A stretch of DNA of 61,475 bases, the filler included. It is 6 parts of 6 records of this genome, joined end to end, with 100 filler letters (N's around TTAATTAATTAA, not from the genome) between each part and the next. Parts side by side here need not be neighbours in the genome. Positions count along the whole stretch, not along the records: positions 1 to 15,810 come from SRR31147125_2815; 5 more parts are not named here. One strand, 5' to 3'. The translations under genes were made by a program, and so were the position numbers. Numbering within the stretch: the first letter of the stretch is position 1; each line of letters starts with the position of its first letter. This document shows, in pieces, positions 1 to 7,894 of this stretch. The notes beneath the pieces are model-generated. The model was not told the origin of the DNA and ran no database searches. It saw only the letters and a program-made list of their open reading frames with translations.

Positions 1-626
1 GGGGGTATCCCGGCCTCTCCCAAAGTAAAAGGGCCACCTGGTTTTAAATTATAAACTTTAACCAACCCAATTTTACCCAATTTCCCACTATTAACATAGT
101 CCAAAGCAGCCAAATTATAAGCAGCACTTCGGTTTTGCGTTCCAACTTCAATGATTCTATTATATTTTCTGGCAGCCTCGATCATTTTCCGGCTTTCAAA
201 AATATTATGAGCGTGCGGTTTTTCCACATAAACATCTTTGCCAGCCTGACACGCAAGGATAGAAGCAGGACCATGCCAATGGTCTGGTGTGGCAATAATG
301 ACGGCATCTACATCTTTGGAATCAAAAACCTGTTGCATATCTTTGGCTCGTTTTGGTTTTTGTTTTTGCACTGGGGCCAAAAATTGTTCTGCTTCGTCAA
401 GCCGTTTTTCATGCAAATCGCACAGCCAGGTCAGCTCGGCACCTTCTTCAATGAGCCCTCTTGCAACGAATCGCCCACGTCCCCCGCAGCCAATCAGGGC
501 AATCTTTATTCGATCATTAGCCCCTAAAACATGTGAGGGTTTTACGATACTGCCGCTAACAAGAGATAATGCGGTGGCCCCTTTGAGTGTTTTATTTAAA
601 AAATCTCGTCTGCAATATGTAGTCAT
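1..626 (-). CDS. Tat-exported Gfo/Idh/MocA family oxidoreductase (3' truncated by contig end)
   Basis: Not in the ORF track. Reverse strand from ATG at 626 reads MTTYCRRDFL (twin-Arg signal), ANDRIKIALIGCGGRG (NAD-binding), DAVIIATPDHWH and GKDVYVEKP, and stays open to base 1. Confidence 0.9.
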   Translation of the reverse strand, partial: MTTYCRRDFLNKTLKGATALSLVSGSIVKPSHVLGANDRIKIALIGCGGRGRFVARGLIEEGAELTWLCDLHEKRLDEAEQFLAPVQKQKPKRAKDMQQVFDSKDVDAVIIATPDHWHGPASILACQAGKDVYVEKPHAHNIFESRKMIEAARKYNRIIEVGTQNRSAAYNLAALDYVNSGKLGKIGLVKVYNLKPGGPFTLGEAGIP

Positions 627-703
627 GTTAATCCCTTTCTCTCAAAATAATTAACTAACCATAAATATCTTTAAAACAAGGTGTACCATTAACCGACACA
701 ACA

Positions 704-1120
704 CTATTTTACAACACCAATTGTCAATAATATGTTTGCAAATCGTCGTGTCTCTCCTGTGGCGATAACGAGCCCGGTATTGGGCGATTTCGCTTTTGCA
801 TAAAAATCAAATCGTTTCTTTTTTGTTTTTTCAGTCGATTCGGGTAAAAGTTTTTCAAAATCATCATAAATAGGCTGGCGCGTGTTGTCAGGAGGCGCCA
901 TAAAAATGGCAGATTCGATGGGTATCATATCCACCAGGACCTGCAAAACCTCGGTCACTTTAACAGTGCCCGGAGCTAAATTTAAATAGACTTTTGTCGC
1001 TGTTGATGATGTATTCGTATCAAAAGCATAGTTACCATCAGCTATGAGTATTTGGGAGCCATGACCCAATCGACCTAGTGACGCTAAAATATCCGGATGT
1101 AATAATTTTATCTTTAGCAT
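704..1120 (-). CDS. RbsD/FucU family sugar mutarotase/pyranase
   Basis: MLKIKLLHPDILASLGRLGHGSQILIADGNY and VIATGETRRFANILLTIGVV. Start moved to ATG at 1120 because the longer ORF overlaps the upstream gene. Confidence 0.9.
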   Translation of the reverse strand: MLKIKLLHPDILASLGRLGHGSQILIADGNYAFDTNTSSTATKVYLNLAPGTVKVTEVLQVLVDMIPIESAIFMAPPDNTRQPIYDDFEKLLPESTEKTKKKRFDFYAKAKSPNTGLVIATGETRRFANILLTIGVVK

Positions 1121-1139
1121 GATTGACCCAATTTTTTTA

Positions 1140-2408
1140 TTAATAAAAAAATCTAAACAATTCGACGACACCCTTATAAGTAACCAGAATTGAAAAGATA
1201 AAAGCGCCAAACAATCCCAGGTTGAGTCGCCAGCCGGCTTTATCATTTCCCATAAGATCCTGTCGATTTACAAGTAATATAATCCCCAGCACAACAACAG
1301 GTAACACAAAGACATTAAACACCTGGGTAACAATCTGTGCGACAATCGGCTGAGCACCAAGAACAGGAATGATAAGACCAAACAAACAGGCCACAGCAGC
1401 CAGTATCCGGAAAAGAGTTGAATTTGTATCCAACTCTCCTTTACGGTAGTCAGCAATAAGAAGAGCGGCAACCATCATTATCGGAAATGTGGATGATAGG
1501 CCGGCACTGATCAGACCCACGAGAAAAAGGGCGACAGCAAATTTGCCAATCAAAGGTTCCAGGGTTCCCACCATATCCAGCACTTTTGTCACAATGATGC
1601 CTCTGGGATAAAGCACACCAGCCGCGCAAATCATAATGGATGCACTGATCATAAAAATCATAAGAGCTGAAATAAAAGCATCCCGACTCTGTTCTTTTTT
1701 GTGGTCCTTTGTCCAGCCATGTCCCTTTATGGTTAATGGACGTACTATAAAAGTAGGACCAGCCATGGTCGTGCCGACAAAAGCGGCAAAAAGCATTCCG
1801 GCGCCCGGTACGTTCGGAATTTTGGGTATAAAGCCCGCGGCAATATCTTTTGGATCAGGCAGGACTACAAACATGGTGATCAGAAAACAGATTCCCATAA
1901 TAGTAACAAGAATAATGAGGACCTTTTCAAAAAAGGAATATTTGCCTACCATTAGAAGCAAATACAAAAGCACCAGAATACCTATAGCGATCCCTAAAAC
2001 AGCCCAGTAATTTTGTTCACCCAGGCCTGGTAAAAAAAGTCGTATTGTTTCATATATACCGTTTGAGCAGATACCAACGATGCCGGTATAGGAACCCCAC
2101 TGACCGATCACGATGCCTGCAATAGTGTAAATAGCGATCACTTTGCCATATTTGAGTTTTGTTCGAAAAGAAAATATACTTGTCTCACCGGTAACAACCG
2201 CATAGCGTCCATAAGCCTCCATAACAATCCATGAAAACATGGCACAAAGGAAAAGATGCCATAGCAAACTCATACCGATTTCCGAGCCGGATTTTACCAT
2301 GGTCGTCACACTACCTGTACCAATAGTATAGCCTATACCAAAGAGACCCGGTCCGATAGATAATAAAACAAGCCATATGCGCCTGGGGAGTGATTTTTTC
2401 GCTGTCAT
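1140..2408 (-). CDS. Nramp/SLC11-related secondary transporter (lacks canonical DPGN)
   Basis: About 11 hydrophobic segments; SIGPGLFGIGYTIGTGSVTT, EAYGRYAVVTGET, FVGTTMAG, NRQDLMG. Confidence 0.8.
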   Translation of the reverse strand: MTAKKSLPRRIWLVLLSIGPGLFGIGYTIGTGSVTTMVKSGSEIGMSLLWHLFLCAMFSWIVMEAYGRYAVVTGETSIFSFRTKLKYGKVIAIYTIAGIVIGQWGSYTGIVGICSNGIYETIRLFLPGLGEQNYWAVLGIAIGILVLLYLLLMVGKYSFFEKVLIILVTIMGICFLITMFVVLPDPKDIAAGFIPKIPNVPGAGMLFAAFVGTTMAGPTFIVRPLTIKGHGWTKDHKKEQSRDAFISALMIFMISASIMICAAGVLYPRGIIVTKVLDMVGTLEPLIGKFAVALFLVGLISAGLSSTFPIMMVAALLIADYRKGELDTNSTLFRILAAVACLFGLIIPVLGAQPIVAQIVTQVFNVFVLPVVVLGIILLVNRQDLMGNDKAGWRLNLGLFGAFIFSILVTYKGVVELFRFFY

Positions 2409-2450
2409 CGTTACTCCTGATTTTCCATTATCAATTTACTATTCTGATTA

Positions 2451-4037
2451 TCATTGCAATGCGTCTACAAAATCCTGACTCAAAAGGGATGGACACCAGT
2501 ATTTTTCAATGTGCCGGACAACCAGTTCCGTTCCCTGGTTGTGGCTTACATAAGGTGCGTCTTTGGGATCATACATGGCATCTGTCAAGTCCCTTACCAG
2601 ATAACAGTTCATTCCCCATTTTGTCATTTGCCGGATGGCAAAAGATCGTCCAAGTACGCACATGTTTGTATGCACACCTGTCATGATCACATTTTTAATA
2701 CCCTGATCTTGAAAAAAGTTATACACCTCATTACCATTGTCGGAAATGCCATCATACTTGCCAATGTCGATATAAGAGCTTTGTCGGGTCCAGGCATCGT
2801 ATGACACATCATCACTGTCACAACCACCATCCGAATCATCGATGGGCAGTTCCGGTTCGTCAATTTCTATTTCAACAGGTTTTGGTGCTTCAGGTGCCAG
2901 AATCATTCTTTGCCGTTGCGGCCAATCTTGGTAATAATACATGGTGGAGGATGGTGCATGAATAATCTGAATTCCCTTTTCCCTGGCTAATGTAAGAATA
3001 GGATTCATTTTTTGAGCTAGTGTGGTACATCGTTCGGTAGCAGCGCTGCACCAATGATTATCCCACATATCACACACAATGATCGCCGTTTCATTTATTT
3101 TCAATTCCTTTTGTAAAGAAATCTCTTGCCACCTGGCGCTTCCCGATTGGGTTTCTATCCTGCTGCGCAAAGGCAGCGTTATCGTACCTGTGGGCAGTGG
3201 TCTCTGTTCAGGTTTCGGAAGTACTTTGAGCATCATTTTTCCACTCGCTCCCCAAAAGAGCGCATTGGCTACCAACTTTTTAAAGACGGTGTTATCCCAA
3301 TCCTGTAATCCGCCGCAACCAATATAGGTGATTCTCGCGCCATTATAATCCCGGCACCAAACCACTGGTTCCGGTTCTTCTCCAGGGATCGTGCCTGCCA
3401 TTAAAACCTGCACATTTTTTTCAACTGGAGAGGTTTTATATAAACTATACCGTGATTTAAAATCAGGGATATCTTTCATGATCGGATGACTTGCTGCTCC
3501 CTTTACTTTTTTGACAGCGCAGGTTGGACCTGTAGGTTGCCCAACCGGATAAAACCTGCCATTCTTATCGACCTGACCCTCTTCCGGGCTACCCGGATAA
3601 TGGCCATGGTAATTGCCCCCCAAAACTTCTTTATCAAACTCCAGCCAATTCTGGAATCCATGACTGGATGTTCTAATAGCGACAACAGATTTTTGAGATT
3701 GGACATATCTCCTTATGCGTTCGAGTTGTTCTCCTGCAATCGTCGTCCGACGCAGGTAAAAGAGAACGGCGTCCGCCTTCTCAAGTGCCTCAAGACCATC
3801 CAGGTTGGAATACTCCATCTTGACATTCAGGTCTCCGTCAGCCTGAAGAAGTGTTACCTGCACATCCGAATATTTCTCTTCCAGATGGGATTTAAAAGAG
3901 GTAAGACACAGATCGGAAAAATACTCATTCGAACCCGAAATAAGCACAATTTTCAACGGATTATTCTGTGCACAAGATGTAATAAAAATTAAAGATATCA
4001 AACAAAACAAAAATGGAAGTAAAAGCTTACGCATCAT
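2451..4037 (-). CDS. Lipoprotein: ThuA-like domain fused to isochorismatase/cysteine hydrolase domain
   Basis: Start MMRKLLL with GAAAGGA RBS and lipobox ITSC. ThuA-like VAIRTSSHGF, VLGGNYHGHY, EPVVW. C-terminal IIVCDMWDNHWC, GVHTNMCVLGRSFAIR, VRDLTDAMY. Confidence 0.75.
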   Translation of the reverse strand: MMRKLLLPFLFCLISLIFITSCAQNNPLKIVLISGSNEYFSDLCLTSFKSHLEEKYSDVQVTLLQADGDLNVKMEYSNLDGLEALEKADAVLFYLRRTTIAGEQLERIRRYVQSQKSVVAIRTSSHGFQNWLEFDKEVLGGNYHGHYPGSPEEGQVDKNGRFYPVGQPTGPTCAVKKVKGAASHPIMKDIPDFKSRYSLYKTSPVEKNVQVLMAGTIPGEEPEPVVWCRDYNGARITYIGCGGLQDWDNTVFKKLVANALFWGASGKMMLKVLPKPEQRPLPTGTITLPLRSRIETQSGSARWQEISLQKELKINETAIIVCDMWDNHWCSAATERCTTLAQKMNPILTLAREKGIQIIHAPSSTMYYYQDWPQRQRMILAPEAPKPVEIEIDEPELPIDDSDGGCDSDDVSYDAWTRQSSYIDIGKYDGISDNGNEVYNFFQDQGIKNVIMTGVHTNMCVLGRSFAIRQMTKWGMNCYLVRDLTDAMYDPKDAPYVSHNQGTELVVRHIEKYWCPSLLSQDFVDALQ

Positions 4038-4423
4038 ACTCGTCCTTTCAATAACTGGAATTAAACGGTAAAAATTACGCTGTTTTTCACCAGTAAAAAA
4101 ACGAATTGTGGAATTACTAATCCAGCGGTATAAAAATTTCTTGAGGATATGTTTTACCACATGTATTCATCTCTTGTAACATAAGCTCTGTAGATAATTT
4201 TGAGGGATTTTCGTAATTCAAGGTCTGTAATGACAAGAAAACCAATTTAGCCTACAAAAAACTTTAGCAATTGTCAAGATTTTTTTCGCATATTATTTCA
4301 GAACAAAATTTCTGTGCCAGAAATCAGGCTATAAAAAGCCTTCTTAGTATGATTATCTTGATATAATCCAGGTAGATATTATATATTCATAATGATATTC
4401 ACTATCTATTGACTAAAGCCCTG

Positions 4424-4456
4424 GCTCGTATAATAAAAGCTCGTATAATAAAAGCT
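4424..4456. repeat. 15-bp tandem duplication (GCTCGTATAATAAAA x2 plus GCT)
   Basis: Exact copies at 4424-4438 and 4439-4453, each containing TATAAT. Confidence 0.9.
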
Positions 4457-4649
4457 TGCAAAGTATACCCTTATTTATTATAATTATCTAAAATTTACAA
4501 ATAATGTATATTAAACTTGATAATATGAGTTGGGGAACTCGATTCTATTCTATAAAAAGTGTAGAGCTAAATAACACAAAATATCTTTACACTTTTTCCC
4601 GGGGTACCTGAAAGAAAAATATTGATAAAGCACAAAGGGGGAAAGTAAA

Positions 4650-5183
4650 ATGATGATAACAAAATCACTCATTCCAGTACAAAAAATTGAACAGCGAATT
4701 TTGCTCATACGAGATGAAAAAGTAATTATAGATACGGATTTGGCAGAATTTTATGGTGTGACAACCAAAAGGCTTAATGAACAAGTAAAAAGAAATATTC
4801 AACGTTTTCCTGAGGATTTTATGTTTCAACTGACCCAATCCGAAAAAACTGACGTGGTCGCAAAATGCGACCACCTCGCTAAACTTAAATATTCTCGATT
4901 TTTACCCTATGCATTTACAGAACATGTTGCCATCATGGCCGCCAGTGTTATTAACACTCCGCGTGCTATTCACTTTAGTGTTTTTATTGTCCGGGCTTTT
5001 ATAAAATTGCGCCAATCCCTGGCCCGGGATAAAAAACTGGCGCACAGAATGGATGAATTGGAAAAACATTTAACAGACCATGACAAACAAATTTATTACC
5101 TTGTCCAGGGTATGAAAGAATTGATAAATCCGGAATCCCCGCCTAAAAAAAGACGCATAGGTTTTTCTCAGAATCAACAATGA
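4650..5183 (+). CDS. ORF6N domain DNA-binding protein
   Basis: IRDEKVIIDTDLAEFYGVTTKRLNEQVKRNIQRFPEDFMFQLT, LPYAFTEH, C-terminal KKRRIGF. Confidence 0.9.
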   Translation: MMITKSLIPVQKIEQRILLIRDEKVIIDTDLAEFYGVTTKRLNEQVKRNIQRFPEDFMFQLTQSEKTDVVAKCDHLAKLKYSRFLPYAFTEHVAIMAASVINTPRAIHFSVFIVRAFIKLRQSLARDKKLAHRMDELEKHLTDHDKQIYYLVQGMKELINPESPPKKRRIGFSQNQQ

Positions 5184-5524
5184 TTCATTTAAAAAGCTCT
5201 TGCAGTTAGCACTCTCCACAGCGATCGCATTTCAAACATCTCCGAATCGGTTAAAAAATTGGTTTATTATTCTTAACAGTCAAATCAAAAACTAATTATC
5301 TCCATTCAACACTCCTGATTATCCTGGTTTGCTCATATCATGATCAATGATCAGGTCGCTAATAGCAAATCTTTTGGTAATTTAAAAATAAATTTCTAAT
5401 GACTTTTTTTGAAATCCCTTAATTATTTATTACATTACAAAAGCCAATAATGAGATATCATTAAAGTCGATCAATGGCATAAACCAAAAAACAAAACAAC
5501 TCCCATATAGTGGAGGCAAGATAG

Positions 5525-6379
5525 ATGAAATACCGAATCCTGGGCAAATCAGGTATTAGAGTCTCTGAAATAGGCATAGGCGGTCATCAGAAGTTAAAAC
5601 AGATGCCATCTGGTTACAAACCACAACATCCTTACTGGTTTACAAATTTTAATGGTCAGGTTCCGGCGATGAGTGATTCTGACAGGGCAAAAATTATCGA
5701 ACGAGCGCTTGATCTGGGTGTCACCTATTTTGATACATCTCTTGATCTGGAAACCGAATCTCTTGGCAAGTCCCTCAAGATCCTTGGTCGTCGGCAGGAG
5801 TGTGTAACCACCCTGGTAGCCGGCGTTCTGCAGTATCTGATGCCAAACACGTCACCCTACTGGGCAAAAAAGGCTGTATCCCAGGACATAAACCGGGGCC
5901 TGTCTCTATTCGGCTATGATTACTTTGATGTATGTATAACATGCATGTGCAACAACTGGTACGGACACGGGATAATGGAAGGGGCACTGGAGGCGATGAG
6001 CGAAGCAAAACAGGCCGGGAAAATCAGAGCTGCCGGGATTTCAGACCATCAGGACGGCGAATTTCTGGCCCATGTTATCGAGCGTTATCATGACATGCTG
6101 GACATGGTTATGTATCCTTTTAACTATATCCGCCAGGATGCAGCCACCAGGATTCTTCCGCTGGTTAAAAAATACAATCTGGGATTCGTGGCAATGAAAC
6201 CATTGGCACAGGGACATATATTCAGTAATCCCGATTTTATCAATTATGCCCAAACAGTAACTGGACCACCTTCTACTGCTGCCTTAAGCTGGGTACTGGA
6301 ACATCCGGACGTTTCAGTTGCGTTGGCTGCCGTAAATTCTGTAAAGGAAATCGAGGACAATTGTCTGGCATTTGCCTGA
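5525..6379 (+). CDS. Aldo/keto reductase
   Basis: MKYRILGKSGIRVSEIGIG, ALDLGVTYFDTS, GKIRAAGISDH, VAMKPLAQG; GGAGG RBS. Confidence 0.9.
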   Translation: MKYRILGKSGIRVSEIGIGGHQKLKQMPSGYKPQHPYWFTNFNGQVPAMSDSDRAKIIERALDLGVTYFDTSLDLETESLGKSLKILGRRQECVTTLVAGVLQYLMPNTSPYWAKKAVSQDINRGLSLFGYDYFDVCITCMCNNWYGHGIMEGALEAMSEAKQAGKIRAAGISDHQDGEFLAHVIERYHDMLDMVMYPFNYIRQDAATRILPLVKKYNLGFVAMKPLAQGHIFSNPDFINYAQTVTGPPSTAALSWVLEHPDVSVALAAVNSVKEIEDNCLAFA

Positions 6380-6536
6380 TTTCCAAAAGAAACAATTCAA
6401 TTATTACCAAAAAACAAGATCCAGAATTACTTAAAAACGAAATAGATATTATCTGCCGTCGAATTTCCCGCTTTTTTTCCGGCATATGGCACTTTCCCAT
6501 AAACAACGACTTGACAGGAAAAATAAATTGAAAAAC

Positions 6537-6731
6537 ATGAACGGTACAATACGTGAAAATATAAAATCGGGTACACCGGTTTTAATCGTCTTAAAAAAGG
6601 ACCAGCGATCCGGTAAACGAACAGAAGGTATTGTTAAAGATATTCTTACAAAATCGCCCAAACACAGCCGTGGTATTAAAGTCCGCTTGCAAAGTGGTGA
6701 AATTGGGCGAGTTCAGGAAATATTAAGTTAA
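6537..6731 (+). CDS. YwbE family (DUF2196) protein
   Basis: MNGTIRENIKSG, IVLKKDQRSGKRTEGIVKDILTKSPKHSRGIKVRLQSGEIGRVQEI. Confidence 0.85.
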   Translation: MNGTIRENIKSGTPVLIVLKKDQRSGKRTEGIVKDILTKSPKHSRGIKVRLQSGEIGRVQEILS

Positions 6732-6942
6732 TTTATCATTAAAAAGATAAATTTTACGAGGCTGCACTATTTGAAACAGGTACTTTTCAGCGGATTCCCG
6801 GACTATTTAAATAAAAAGCTATAAACAACCATCTGAATTCTGCTTATATTATAAATCAGCAAGATTCGGGTGGTTTTAAATTATCGATAAAGCTATATTC
6901 ATCAGAACTAAAATTGATAATCAACCAACAAAAGTTATCAAT

Positions 6943-7805
6943 ATGATGAATCCAAAATTATCACAACAGGCAATTGATTACCAGCGTATTGCGCAGGCAA
7001 TCCAGTTTCTGGAAGAACATGTCACGGATCAACCCAGCCTGGACCACATAGCGTCTGGTGTACATCTGAGCAAATATCATTTTCAACGTCTGTTTAAACG
7101 CTGGGCAGGAATAAGCCCGATGCAATTTCTACAGTACCTGACCCTGGATTATACAAAACAGAGACTGGCAGAAGGCCAAAGCCTGCTTGATGTATCCCTT
7201 GAAGCAGGCTTGTCCGGTCCCGGACGGCTGCATGACTTGTTTGTCACGTTTGACGCCATAACCCCGGGTGAATACAAGAAAAAAGGGGCGGGAATCAGGA
7301 TTGTTTACGGGTTTCATCCGACTCCATTTGGTGAGTGCCTTTTAGCCAAAACTGAAAAAGGGATTTTACATCTGAGTTTTGTCGAGAAGGGAAAAAAGAG
7401 ACTGCGCTTGGTCAATTATGTTCCGAATGGTCACTGTCGTTTTTTGAAGAAAAACCCCAGGAGACCAGGCCTCTACTCGAATACATTTTCTCCACGAAAA
7501 AGCCGCATATCAGTCAACCTTTTCACCTGCTTTTAAAGGGAACAAACTTTCAGGTCAAAGTGTGGCAGGCGTTATTATCGATTCCTAAAGGAACTCTTGT
7601 TTCTTACCAGGATATTGCAACTTGTATTGGTCAACCCAAAGCGAGCCGGGCTGTCGGTTCAGCTATAGCCAGAAATCCCATTGCCTACCTCATCCCCTGT
7701 CATCGGGTCATCACAAAAGCGGGAAAAATACATCAATATCGATGGGGTGCTACGCGAAAAAAAGCGATTATAGGTAGAGAAGTTGCTGAAATTTGCAGTG
7801 TATGA
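6943..7805 (+). CDS. AraC-HTH / methylated-DNA--protein-cysteine methyltransferase (Ada/Ogt-like), split by a -1 frameshift at about 7392-7398
   Basis: N-part has HLSKYHFQRLFKRWAGISP and GLSGPGRLHDLFV. The -1 frame after the A6 run continues ETALGQL, LLLKGTNFQVKVWQALLSIPKG, NPIAYLIPCHRV (PCHR active site). Confidence 0.85.
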
Positions 7806-7852
7806 AAGATTGTTACCACAATTGTAAAATCTCCGCTATTCGATTTTTATCT

Positions 7853-7885
7853 AAAAAAAAGGCCCGGTCATCGGACCAAGCCTTT
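7853..7885. terminator. Probable bidirectional intrinsic terminator
   Basis: AAAAAAAA-GGC/GGTC stem pairing with GACC/GCC-TTT, between convergent genes. Confidence 0.55.
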
Positions 7886-7894
7886 ATAAAGAAC

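Noticed and set aside
135-654. Plus-strand ORFs 135-527 and 289-654, and similar antisense ORFs throughout (e.g. 3486-3992, 12692-13120, 39740-40597, 56670-57348, 57971-58396)
   Set aside because: Shadows of well-supported genes on the opposite strand or in another frame, with no family motifs.
4409-4434. Vector-derived tac/lacUV5 promoter (GGCTCGTATAAT match)
   Set aside because: The match is only 12 nt, with no lac operator or other vector sequence, and the -35 spacing is wrong.
4650-5183. Prophage around the ORF6N gene
   Set aside because: No integrase, structural or other phage genes nearby; solitary ORF6N genes are common in chromosomes.
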